DNA of 64,000 nucleotides, from assembly GCA_934130405.1 (NCBI GenBank), contig CAKOXX010000005.1, positions 369 through 64,368 of the forward strand, in the 5' to 3' direction. Both the position numbers and the translations under genes were made by a program. This document shows, piece after piece, positions 48,385 through 57,019 of this stretch. Each line of letters opens with the position of its first letter. Within the stretch, counting starts at the first letter, position 1. Source of the DNA: an uncultured Bacilli bacterium (GTDB lineage: Bacteria; Bacillota_I; Bacilli_A; RF39; UBA660). The notes under the pieces were generated by a model. The model was not told the DNA's origin, searched no databases, and was given only the letters and a program-made list of their open reading frames with translations.

Positions 48385-48867
48385 ATGATGAATAAAAAAC
48401 TAGTTGTATATTTTTCATATACAGTTCATACAAAGATGATTGTAGATAAAATAAAAGAAAAGATAGATTGTGATGTTTTAAGAATAGAAACTGTGATACC
48501 ATATTCAACTGACTACGATAATGTCGTTAATGATGAACAAAATAGTGAAAGAAGTAATTTCTTACCAGAAATAAAAGATATAAATATAGACCTTACTAAC
48601 TATGACACAATAATACTTGGAACACCAGTTTGGTGGTATCGACCAGTTCCTGCTATTAGAACATTTCTAAATAAATATGACTTAACAGGAAAAATAATCA
48701 TTCCTTTTGCAACCAATGCTGGTTGGTTAGGAAAGACTTTTATTGAAATAAAAAATCTTTGTCCTAATTCTATAGTAACTAATAATATGAATATTGTCTT
48801 TGAAAGTTATTCTGATAATTTAGTTACAAGTGATGAAGAAATTACTGATTGGATAAATACATTATAG
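48385..48867 (+). CDS. Flavodoxin-like protein (second copy, divergent)
   Basis: 160 aa with LVVYFSYT and LGTPVWWYRP motifs, the same family pattern as the 46721 gene. Confidence 0.7.
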   Translation: MMNKKLVVYFSYTVHTKMIVDKIKEKIDCDVLRIETVIPYSTDYDNVVNDEQNSERSNFLPEIKDINIDLTNYDTIILGTPVWWYRPVPAIRTFLNKYDLTGKIIIPFATNAGWLGKTFIEIKNLCPNSIVTNNMNIVFESYSDNLVTSDEEITDWINTL

Positions 48868-48947
48868 TCCTTAAAAAGCTACTCAAAAAAAGATAGCTTT
48901 TTTTTATGTTTTGTAGTATAATAATCGACAAAAAAGAAGGGGATAAT

Positions 48948-49913
48948 ATGGAAAATATAACTATGTTAGATATGCAATCTAACGATATGTTATCAGAACT
49001 TAGTAAGAATGAGTTGGAAGAATTAAGAAAGGAAATAAGAAATTCTAGTTTGTCTTATAGATCTAGTATAGGTTTGGAAGCAGTTGATACTTTTGGTACA
49101 GAAATAGAATATGAAAACTTTTCTAGAAGTGTGGTGGATGATTATATTGCAAAAAAGCACTATGGATATGTATCTAGTTACGATGATTCTGTACCGACCG
49201 GTGGTGAGATTAAATCACCAATTTCTCAAGATATGCCAGAGTTTTGGAAAGAATTTCAAGAAATATGTTTTTTTCTAGCCGAAAATGGTGCTGAAACAGC
49301 CAAGAACTCAGGCGGTCATATTCACATTGGAAGTCATATTTTGAAAAATAATTATATTTATTGGCGCCAATTTTTTAAGACTTATATGTTATATGAAACC
49401 GAGTTATTTGAATTTTTTAAAGGAGAATTTAAAGAAATGCGTCCAACGGTTGGTGAATATGCAGAGCCAATAGCAAAAGCCTTATATCAAGATTTAGAGA
49501 AACTTAATAATTTAACTACTTTTGATGAAATGTATAATAGCATATTTATACCAACAAAAAAAGTTGCTGTTAATTTGAAGAAAGTAGTACCAAATACTAT
49601 TAAACCACGTCTTAATAGTACGATTGAATTTCGAAGTCCAAATGGAACAAGTAAAGAAATTATCTGGCAAAATAACATAAATACCGCTGTGAAACTTCTA
49701 AAAGCTCCGGTGAAAGAACTGGTAGATGAAGATTATCTTGATTATCGACTTAGAGAAGGGTTACCAACTGAATCATCACTTTCTAATGCTTTAGAACTTG
49801 TTGATACTATATTTGATAATAATTTAGATAAAATCTACTTTTTAAAACAATATAATAAAGACTTTAATTTTAAGGAAGAAAAGTGTAGAGGGCTAGTTAA
49901 GAGTAAATTTTAG
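48948..49913 (+). CDS. Putative amidoligase (Amidoligase_2 / glutamine-synthetase-like fold family)
   Basis: I chose ATG 48948, after GAAGGGG. The motif series is GTEIEYE, GGEIKSP, GGHIHIGSH and IEFRSPNGT, as in the putative amidoligase family. This call is by eye only. Confidence 0.55.
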   Translation: MENITMLDMQSNDMLSELSKNELEELRKEIRNSSLSYRSSIGLEAVDTFGTEIEYENFSRSVVDDYIAKKHYGYVSSYDDSVPTGGEIKSPISQDMPEFWKEFQEICFFLAENGAETAKNSGGHIHIGSHILKNNYIYWRQFFKTYMLYETELFEFFKGEFKEMRPTVGEYAEPIAKALYQDLEKLNNLTTFDEMYNSIFIPTKKVAVNLKKVVPNTIKPRLNSTIEFRSPNGTSKEIIWQNNINTAVKLLKAPVKELVDEDYLDYRLREGLPTESSLSNALELVDTIFDNNLDKIYFLKQYNKDFNFKEEKCRGLVKSKF

Positions 49914-49974
49914 AATAGCAATTTACTAAAATAGAACAATTTGATAAAATAAATCATATAGAGTATGGTGATTT

Positions 49975-51420
49975 ATGGTGAAGAAGAAAAAAGGGTTTAC
50001 ATTAGTTGAATTACTTGCAACTATTACAATTATGGGGTTAATTACTGTAATGGTAACACCATCTATTGTTAAGTTACAAGATAATAACAAGACAAAACAA
50101 TTTCAAATGTATGCTAAGAGTTTGGTTGAAGCTGCTAAAGTTTATGTCCAGAAAGAAGGAGAAGATATTACTCCCCTTGGTGTAGATGCGTGGCAAGGTT
50201 GTATTGAAATTAGTTATCAAGAATTAGCTACTAGTGATTTAGTTAAATCTTACGATGATACAGATTATGATTGTTCTGGTTCTAAGATACGTTATACAAA
50301 AACAAAGAGTAGTGGTAAATATACTTATCATTTAGTATGTAACTCAAAAGTTAGTAAAAAGAAAAACTACGACTTAAATACTATTCCAAATGCTGCTTGT
50401 AGTGTGGAATCGTTAAGCTGTACTCCAGGGGAGAATGCTGTTACCAAAATTACTAGTAAAGCTAATAGTGAAAGCTTAGATTATAATAGTGCTAATGCTA
50501 CTCAAAAGAAGGAAGTATGGACTTATTCAAAGAGTGCTACAACGCAACTTAAAGCTAATACTGAATACAGATATATTGGACAAAATCCAAATAATTATAT
50601 AAAATTTAATAATGAAATCTGGAGAATCATTGGAGTATTTGAAACTGATGATGGTACTGGAAAATATGAAAAAAGGTTAAAAATAATTAGGAATGAAGCT
50701 TTTCCTAAAGAACTTTCTTGGGACAATAAAAATGCTTCTACTGGGGCAGTCGATTACTATGGAAAAAATAACTGGGCTGATGCTAGACTTAATTATTTAT
50801 TAAATCCTAATCATGATAGTGAAACATATGGTGGAAGTCTCTACTGGAATAGAAAGTCCGGTAACTGTTATGCCGGAAGAGATAATGCTACTACTACCTG
50901 TGACTTTTCATCAATTGGACTTACTAACGTTTCAAAAGATTTAATTGGAAATGCCAAATGGTATTTGGGAGGAATAGGAGATTTTACTAGTTCTTCGAAT
51001 GGTTTAGCAACACATTTCTATACTAGAGAAAGAGAAACTTCAGTATACAGTGGTAGAAGTAGCAGTTGGATAGGAAAAGTTGGTTTAATGTATGTAAGTG
51101 ATTATGGTTTTGCAACAAGTGGAAATAGTTCAACTAATAGAGCTAGTTGTTTAAGAAAAGAGTTATATACTTGGAGTTATTCTACAGATTGTGTTAACAA
51201 TGATTGGTTATTTAATTCTACTTATCAATGTATGATTAATCCACGCTCCGATTCTCCAGGGATAGGTTTTCAAATATTTTCAGATGGTATTATTCGTGAT
51301 ATATCTAGTTATGTTACTTGTAATGTTCGACCAGTGGTTTATTTAAAATCATCAGTAGCTTTTAGTGATGGAGATGGAAGTAGTTCGTCACCTTATATCA
51401 TTGATGATTGTGAGGAGTGA
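49975..51420 (+). CDS. Large type IV pilin-like protein: prepilin N-terminus fused to a ~330-aa C-terminal domain
   Basis: The N-terminus is MVKKKKGFTLVELLATITIMGLITVMV. The C-terminal domain contains NNYIKFNNEIWRIIG...GLMYVSDY...VRPVVYLKSSVAFSDGDGSSSSPYII and resembles the C-terminus of the 55132 product. Confidence 0.75.
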   Translation: MVKKKKGFTLVELLATITIMGLITVMVTPSIVKLQDNNKTKQFQMYAKSLVEAAKVYVQKEGEDITPLGVDAWQGCIEISYQELATSDLVKSYDDTDYDCSGSKIRYTKTKSSGKYTYHLVCNSKVSKKKNYDLNTIPNAACSVESLSCTPGENAVTKITSKANSESLDYNSANATQKKEVWTYSKSATTQLKANTEYRYIGQNPNNYIKFNNEIWRIIGVFETDDGTGKYEKRLKIIRNEAFPKELSWDNKNASTGAVDYYGKNNWADARLNYLLNPNHDSETYGGSLYWNRKSGNCYAGRDNATTTCDFSSIGLTNVSKDLIGNAKWYLGGIGDFTSSSNGLATHFYTRERETSVYSGRSSSWIGKVGLMYVSDYGFATSGNSSTNRASCLRKELYTWSYSTDCVNNDWLFNSTYQCMINPRSDSPGIGFQIFSDGIIRDISSYVTCNVRPVVYLKSSVAFSDGDGSSSSPYIIDDCEE

Positions 51421-51426
51421 TAAAAT

Positions 51427-53394
51427 ATGGAGTTATTAGCACCAGCAGGAAATAAAGAAAGTTTGATAGCAGCAATTAATAGTGGTGCAGATGCTATTTA
51501 TTTATCAGGGAAGAAATTTGGAGCACGCGCATATGCTCTAAATTTTTCTAATGAAGAACTAAAAGAAGTCATAAGAATTGGAAAAATTTATGGTGTTAAA
51601 ATCTATGTGACGATGAACACATTAGTAAAAGAAAATGAAGTAGAAGAGTTTCTAGACCAAGTAGAATTTCTATATGCTAATGGAGTGGATGCTATCTTAA
51701 TGCAAGACTTTGGAATGATTTGTTTATGTCTTAAGAAGTTTCCTAATCTTGAAATTCATGCTTCTACACAAGCTCATAATGTTTCTAGAGAAGGAATCGA
51801 TTTTCTTTACAAGTTAGGTGTTAAAAGAGTAGTGTTACCAAGAGAAATGTCTCTTGAAGAGATAAAACAGATTGAAACACCAGTTGAGAAGGAAGTATTT
51901 GTTCATGGAGCACTTTGTGTAAGTTATTCTGGAAGATGTTTAATGTCCCAAGTACTAGGAGGTAGAAGTGGTAATCGCGGGGAATGCGCTGGTTGTTGTC
52001 GTTTTCCTTGGAAATTATATAAAAATGATAAATTAATTAATGAAGGTTATCTTCTTTCTATGAAAGAGTTGAATTTAAGTGAAGATGTCAGGAGATTAAC
52101 TCCTTATGTTGATAGTTTAAAGATTGAAGGAAGAATGAAAAGTCCTAGCTATGTCTCTTTTATTACTAACTATTACCGTAAGATACTTAACAAAGAAGAG
52201 ATTACAGAAATAGAAAAGGAAAACTTACAGAGTTTATTTTATCGTGGTTTTACTAAAGGTCATTTATTAGCTAGTAAAGATTTAATAAATAAAACATCAC
52301 CTAATCATATCGGTTTACCTATCGGTAAAGTATTGGAAGTAACTGATGATAAGATAATCATTTTATTAGATAAGGAATTAAATCAAGAAGATGGTATTAG
52401 ATTCTTAGAAAGTGGTAAGGGAATGATAGTTAATTATCTTTATGATATGAAAGGTAAGTTAATATCTAAAGGTAATGCTAAACAAAAGATAATGCTTGAT
52501 AATAAGATAGGTCTTACATCTTTAGATACAGTATCTTTAACTACTAATCATAAATTAATGACTAGTTTTGATACTATTACTAGAAAAGTACCAATTCATA
52601 TTAAAGTTACGGCTAAGAAAAATAAACCTTTAGAAGTTATTTTTAGTAAAGATGATGTTGAAGTTAAGGAACAAGGTAATTTAGTAGAACAAGCAAGAAA
52701 TGTTGCTGTTACTAAAGAAAGACTTATTTCACAGGTAGAAAAACTAGGTAATACCCCTTTTAGTTCTAAGAATATTGAAGTGGAAATGGATGATGATATA
52801 TTTATTCCCATGACAGAAATTAATATTATTAGAAGGACTTTAACTGAAAGATTAATTGGTAAGTTAAGAATGACCTTTAAAGAACCAGTTATTAATAGAT
52901 TTAACTTAGATTATGTTGATGTAGATAATATTGATATAAATAACTATAAAGAAATACCTGCTTGTCAGTTTAATATAAAAGAAAGATGTGGTATAATTCA
53001 CGAAATTATTGATGGTAGAGGAAAAGACTTTGTAGCAGCTAGTAGTTGTAATATTACTAATTATTATACCGCTTACTTCTTAGCTTACTATGGTTATAAA
53101 GGTGTTATTTTATCAACTGAATTAACAGATAATGAACTTAATACTTTAGCTAGGAAAATAAAAGAAAAGACAAGTATAACTTTATTTGTAGAAAATAATA
53201 TTAATAATGAAGTAATGACTATTAAAGGGAATATTTTAGAAATAGATAACACTAATAGTTATTATTTAGAAGATCCAAAGAAAAGAAAATTTAAAGTTAA
53301 ATACGATGGTAGATTAACCCATATTTATTCACCATATAAAATAGATAGAAATGAAAAAGTTATTGATAATGTAGAGTTTATTAGTAATAATTAG
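51427..53394 (+). CDS. Peptidase U32 family protein (long form)
   Basis: 655 aa. MELLAPAGN...GADAIY, VYVTMN, HASTQ and the Cys-rich GECAGCCRFPW are characteristic of the U32 family. Confidence 0.85.
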   Translation: MELLAPAGNKESLIAAINSGADAIYLSGKKFGARAYALNFSNEELKEVIRIGKIYGVKIYVTMNTLVKENEVEEFLDQVEFLYANGVDAILMQDFGMICLCLKKFPNLEIHASTQAHNVSREGIDFLYKLGVKRVVLPREMSLEEIKQIETPVEKEVFVHGALCVSYSGRCLMSQVLGGRSGNRGECAGCCRFPWKLYKNDKLINEGYLLSMKELNLSEDVRRLTPYVDSLKIEGRMKSPSYVSFITNYYRKILNKEEITEIEKENLQSLFYRGFTKGHLLASKDLINKTSPNHIGLPIGKVLEVTDDKIIILLDKELNQEDGIRFLESGKGMIVNYLYDMKGKLISKGNAKQKIMLDNKIGLTSLDTVSLTTNHKLMTSFDTITRKVPIHIKVTAKKNKPLEVIFSKDDVEVKEQGNLVEQARNVAVTKERLISQVEKLGNTPFSSKNIEVEMDDDIFIPMTEINIIRRTLTERLIGKLRMTFKEPVINRFNLDYVDVDNIDINNYKEIPACQFNIKERCGIIHEIIDGRGKDFVAASSCNITNYYTAYFLAYYGYKGVILSTELTDNELNTLARKIKEKTSITLFVENNINNEVMTIKGNILEIDNTNSYYLEDPKKRKFKVKYDGRLTHIYSPYKIDRNEKVIDNVEFISNN

Positions 53395-53430
53395 TATTGG
53401 TACGTACCAAAAGCTAGAAATGGAGAAAAG

Positions 53431-53823
53431 ATGAAAAACGAAATTTTATTAACAGATGTTTTAGATTATGCTAAACAAAATAGTGTATCAAAAAATGAAC
53501 TTTTATATTTGTTACAAATGTATAATTCTTATAAAAAAGATAAAACAGATGGAGAAGAGTTAACTACGGAGGATTTAATTAGAAATATTGCTATTGTAAA
53601 TGATGATTTAAAACATGGAAGTGATACTAGATTAGTAGTTAGTAGAGTAGCAGAAGAATTGGATATTTTAAATGAATTAGCATATTTAACTAAAAGTCAA
53701 GATGAAGCTAAAAAATATGATCTTGGTTATAGAATTGGTCAATTAATGTTTGATTGTGATATTAAATTTGAAAAATCTAATAAAGTTTTAGAGAAAAAAA
53801 TAAGAAGTAAAGGGGGAAAATAG
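53431..53823 (+). CDS. Hypothetical protein (130 aa)
   Basis: An ORF with a GGAGAA RBS. Its stop overlaps the start of the next ORF. Confidence 0.45.
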   Translation: MKNEILLTDVLDYAKQNSVSKNELLYLLQMYNSYKKDKTDGEELTTEDLIRNIAIVNDDLKHGSDTRLVVSRVAEELDILNELAYLTKSQDEAKKYDLGYRIGQLMFDCDIKFEKSNKVLEKKIRSKGGK

Positions 53824-54818
53824 TGGTGTTGAACAATATTGCTTTTAATTCTGCCTTTGCTTCTGTTAATAAAGAATTGATGATAGAAATAGATGAAGTA
53901 ATTAATAAATATAATTTAATCCAAGAAAAAATGGATAAGATTAAACTAGATTATCAATTAAGATTTCAAGATTATTATGATGCAAATTTAACATATTCTG
54001 AGAATCTAGAATACTTTAAAGCTGTTTTTCCTAATTATGAAGATAAACACTTACTATTATTTTCTAAATATATTTTAGATAAAGAATTTGAGGATATTAA
54101 GATTATTTTAGAAGAACCTGAATATGGTGTGGATTATTTAATTGAATTAGTGGAAGAAGAAGGAATCTTAAGAAATGCTAAAGAGATAGTTAATTATATT
54201 GATGCTAATTCTATTAATAATAAAAACGATTTGAATGATGTTGTCAATTTATTTATACTTCCAAGTTATAATTCTGAGATTATAGAAGCATTGATGGAAA
54301 ATAATACTGGTAGTTCAGAATTATCTTTAAAAAAAGCAGGAAGTGCACTAAAGACGCTAATGAGTACTAGTTTTAACAGTCCAGAATTTTCTTCTAAGGT
54401 TCATAAAGTAATTGATAATTCTAGGGACCATGACGTAAAACTTACGTCAGAAGAAGTCCCAATGCAAAGATATAGTACGGGAAAATGTACAAAAGTCATG
54501 TTTTTTAAGTTACCGTTAAGTGATGAGAATAGAAATCACTTAGCTCAAGAATTTAATTCTGATAAGTTAGAAAATGTTTATTATATTGCAGGTTATGGTA
54601 ATTTTAAAGATAGTGGTTATTCTGAACCTGATTTTTATAGATTATTTTTGAATATGACATATTCTAATCAAGATGAGTTACAAAATGTTGTTGATGCTAC
54701 TTCTAATAGTAAAAAGTATCAAGAATTAGTTACATATATTAGGGCAAGTGAAGAGAAGCTTTCTAATTTAGTTTTTTGTAGTCAGAATGATACTAAATCT
54801 TCAAAAATTAGTAAATAA
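53823..54818 (+). CDS. Hypothetical protein (331 aa)
   Basis: A GTG start overlapping the preceding stop (TAGTG). I did not recognise a family. Confidence 0.45.
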   Translation: MVLNNIAFNSAFASVNKELMIEIDEVINKYNLIQEKMDKIKLDYQLRFQDYYDANLTYSENLEYFKAVFPNYEDKHLLLFSKYILDKEFEDIKIILEEPEYGVDYLIELVEEEGILRNAKEIVNYIDANSINNKNDLNDVVNLFILPSYNSEIIEALMENNTGSSELSLKKAGSALKTLMSTSFNSPEFSSKVHKVIDNSRDHDVKLTSEEVPMQRYSTGKCTKVMFFKLPLSDENRNHLAQEFNSDKLENVYYIAGYGNFKDSGYSEPDFYRLFLNMTYSNQDELQNVVDATSNSKKYQELVTYIRASEEKLSNLVFCSQNDTKSSKISK

Positions 54819-54845
54819 TATAAAATTTATTGGTAATAATAATTA

Positions 54846-54873
54846 GTGTTCAGATGTGATGAACACTTTTTTT
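54846..54873 (+). terminator. Rho-independent terminator
   Basis: GTGTTC-AGATGTGAT-GAACAC followed by TTTTTTT. Confidence 0.7.
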
Positions 54874-54877
54874 GATA

Positions 54878-55100
54878 TTGTTAAAAGTCAAGTATTATGA
54901 TATTATTAAGATGTCAAGAATACTGATATTTGATAAAAGATAAGAAGTAGGTGATTAGTATGTATCAAATGATTAAAGTTAACTATAAATTAACGTGGGG
55001 GGGGGGTACTTACTAATTTAAGAAAAAGACTTACTTTCTTTTATCATGGAATAAAGATAGATTAGATATCACTCGTAGTGGTATAAATCTATCTTTTTTG
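54878..55100 (+). promoter_or_regulatory. Leader copy 1: promoter, SD-sequestering long stem, mini-ORF with G10 tract, intrinsic terminator
   Basis: The promoter is TTGTTA (54878-54883), 17 nt, then TGaTATTAT (-10 at 54901-54906). The outer stem is GATAAAAGA (54932-54940) paired with TCTTTTATC (55037-55045), with further imperfect pairing. G10 lies at 54997-55006. The terminator stem is 55053-55063 paired with 55086-55096, followed by a T-run. Confidence 0.55.
54960..55016 (+). CDS. Candidate 18-aa leader peptide MYQMIKVNYKLTWGGGTY
   Basis: The SD AGGTGA lies 5 nt upstream of the ATG. The G10 tract encodes part of WGGG. The C-terminal 13 residues recur in copy 2 if one G is added there. Two of the nucleotide differences between the copies are synonymous (acg/act and tac/tat). 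Confidence 0.4.
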   Translation: MYQMIKVNYKLTWGGGTY

Positions 55101-55131
55101 TGTAATACTAAAATGAAAGGAACAAGTCTTT

Positions 55132-56991
55132 ATGAATAAACAAAAGTTTAAAAATATATTAACTATCGGAACAACCTTTATCTTACTAATTACTGTTATT
55201 GGTATCAGTTATGCTGCTTTTAATTACTCAGGAATAGGTCAAAAGTTGAATACCATTACGACTGGAGCAATTACGATGAATTATACAGAAAGCAGTAATG
55301 TCATCTCAATGAGTAATGCACTTCCCACCACAGATTCTACTGGAAAGAAAAGACTGAATTCCGGAGAATACTTTGATTTTACTATTAAATCATCAATCAC
55401 AGGAAATACAGATATCAACTATGAGATAGCAGCGAAAGAAGAAAATGGTAATACTTTTGATGGAAAGAATATCAAACTATATCTTACAAAAGTTAATTCC
55501 GATGGAAGCGAAGAAGAAGCGATGCCCCCAAAGACTTATTCAGAAGACCCAACCGGCAATGTTTATACAGGACGACCATCCGATATGATGAGTTTATTTG
55601 TAGGTAATCTTAATCAGCAAGGAGACACAGAAATAAAATATCGCTTAAGATTATGGGTAGATGAAAGTTATAATCCGCAGAGTGATAATGGAGGACTAGT
55701 ATATAAAGTAAAAGTAAATGTTTATGGACAAACTAGTGATACAGTAGCAGAAGTAGAGGATACCTATTGTAAAGATAATGGCTTTACTACTTTGTCGGAT
55801 TGTATGTTAGTAATGAATAATCACGAGACTTCTGTAGAGACTGCTAAACAAAATATAACTAACAAAGGAACACCAGACTTTTCTAAGACAGCCACGACTG
55901 ACGAAGGTTTATTTATGGCAGATGATGATGAAGGACCCAGTTACTATTATAGAGGAGCAGTCAAGAATAATTATGTATCATTTGCAGGATATACTTGGAG
56001 AATTATCCGTCGAAATGGAGATGGAAGTGTTCGAATGATTTATGCAGGGAAGAAGACAAGTGATACAGGTGAATCAACAATAATAGGTAAATCATCTTTT
56101 AATGAGAAATATTGGGATCCAACCTATGTAGGATATAAATATAATGAAAAATTTTCACTTCATGAAAATAGCGAAACAGGTTATGTTTGGTTTACCAATA
56201 CGCAAAAATACGATTTTGGAACAGGATATAACTTTGATGAATCAACAAAAAAATTTGTGTTAACAGGAACCATTAAGAAATTAACGTGGGAAGATAATCA
56301 TGATGAAATAGTATTAGGGAAACTATACAGCTGTTTAACTTCAAATTGTAACGCAGTTTATAAAGTGACAGAATATAAAAATGAAACACAAATGCAAGTA
56401 CAGCCGATTTCGTATAGTAGTGATAGTTATGAAGATGCAGTTACAAATAATACAAATTCAACTGTGAAAGATGTATTAGATACATGGTATAAAAATAATT
56501 TAGCAAGTTATACATCATATATAGCAGATGAAATATTTTGTAATGATAGAAGTTTAATAGACGGTTCAGGATATTTAATAACACCAACAACTTTTTATGG
56601 AACTTATCATCGTTTACGCGATAAAAAAACACCAAGCTTAAAATGTATACAAGATAATGATAAATTTAGAGTATCAAATACAAGTGCAAAATTAGATTAT
56701 CCAATTGCACTTATTACTGCCGATGAAGTTTCTATGGCAGGCGGAGTATATAATATAGCAAATAATAATTATTATTTATATAATGGACAATATTTTTGGA
56801 CAATGTCTCCATCTAAATTCACTTCTAATTATTCTCTTGCCGGAGCTTGGTATGTTATTCCTTCAGGTAGTTTACTTGATCACGGTGGCATTGTTGATCC
56901 TCGCGGTATCCGACAAGTTATCAATCTAAAGTCTAATGTCAAAATAACAAAGGGAGATGGAACAGCTTTGAATCCATTTACTATTAAATGA
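55132..56991 (+). CDS. Secreted 619-aa protein: SipW-type-like signal/N-terminal module plus a C-terminal domain shared with the 49975 pilin-like protein
   Basis: The N-terminus ...LLITVIGISYAAFNYSG...TGAITMNY resembles SipW-cognate (TasA/camelysin-type) signals. It also has YRLRLWVDE. The C-terminus contains NNYVSFAGYTWRII...IALITADEV...GIRQVINLKSNVKITKGDGTALNPFTI. Confidence 0.7.
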   Translation: MNKQKFKNILTIGTTFILLITVIGISYAAFNYSGIGQKLNTITTGAITMNYTESSNVISMSNALPTTDSTGKKRLNSGEYFDFTIKSSITGNTDINYEIAAKEENGNTFDGKNIKLYLTKVNSDGSEEEAMPPKTYSEDPTGNVYTGRPSDMMSLFVGNLNQQGDTEIKYRLRLWVDESYNPQSDNGGLVYKVKVNVYGQTSDTVAEVEDTYCKDNGFTTLSDCMLVMNNHETSVETAKQNITNKGTPDFSKTATTDEGLFMADDDEGPSYYYRGAVKNNYVSFAGYTWRIIRRNGDGSVRMIYAGKKTSDTGESTIIGKSSFNEKYWDPTYVGYKYNEKFSLHENSETGYVWFTNTQKYDFGTGYNFDESTKKFVLTGTIKKLTWEDNHDEIVLGKLYSCLTSNCNAVYKVTEYKNETQMQVQPISYSSDSYEDAVTNNTNSTVKDVLDTWYKNNLASYTSYIADEIFCNDRSLIDGSGYLITPTTFYGTYHRLRDKKTPSLKCIQDNDKFRVSNTSAKLDYPIALITADEVSMAGGVYNIANNNYYLYNGQYFWTMSPSKFTSNYSLAGAWYVIPSGSLLDHGGIVDPRGIRQVINLKSNVKITKGDGTALNPFTIK

Positions 56992-57019
56992 TACAAGTGA
57001 GGAAAGAGGTGCTTCGAAT

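Noticed and set aside
54932-55045. Assignment of the leader to a known riboswitch class, for example c-di-GMP-I or c-di-GMP-II, which often precede pilin and adhesin genes in clostridia
   Set aside because: I could not find the conserved cores of those classes (GEMM-type GGCAAA/CGAAAG/ACGCA elements, or the c-di-GMP-II ACGCAC pseudoknot) or of other common aptamers. The element is extremely AT-rich apart from the G tract. I left it unclassified.
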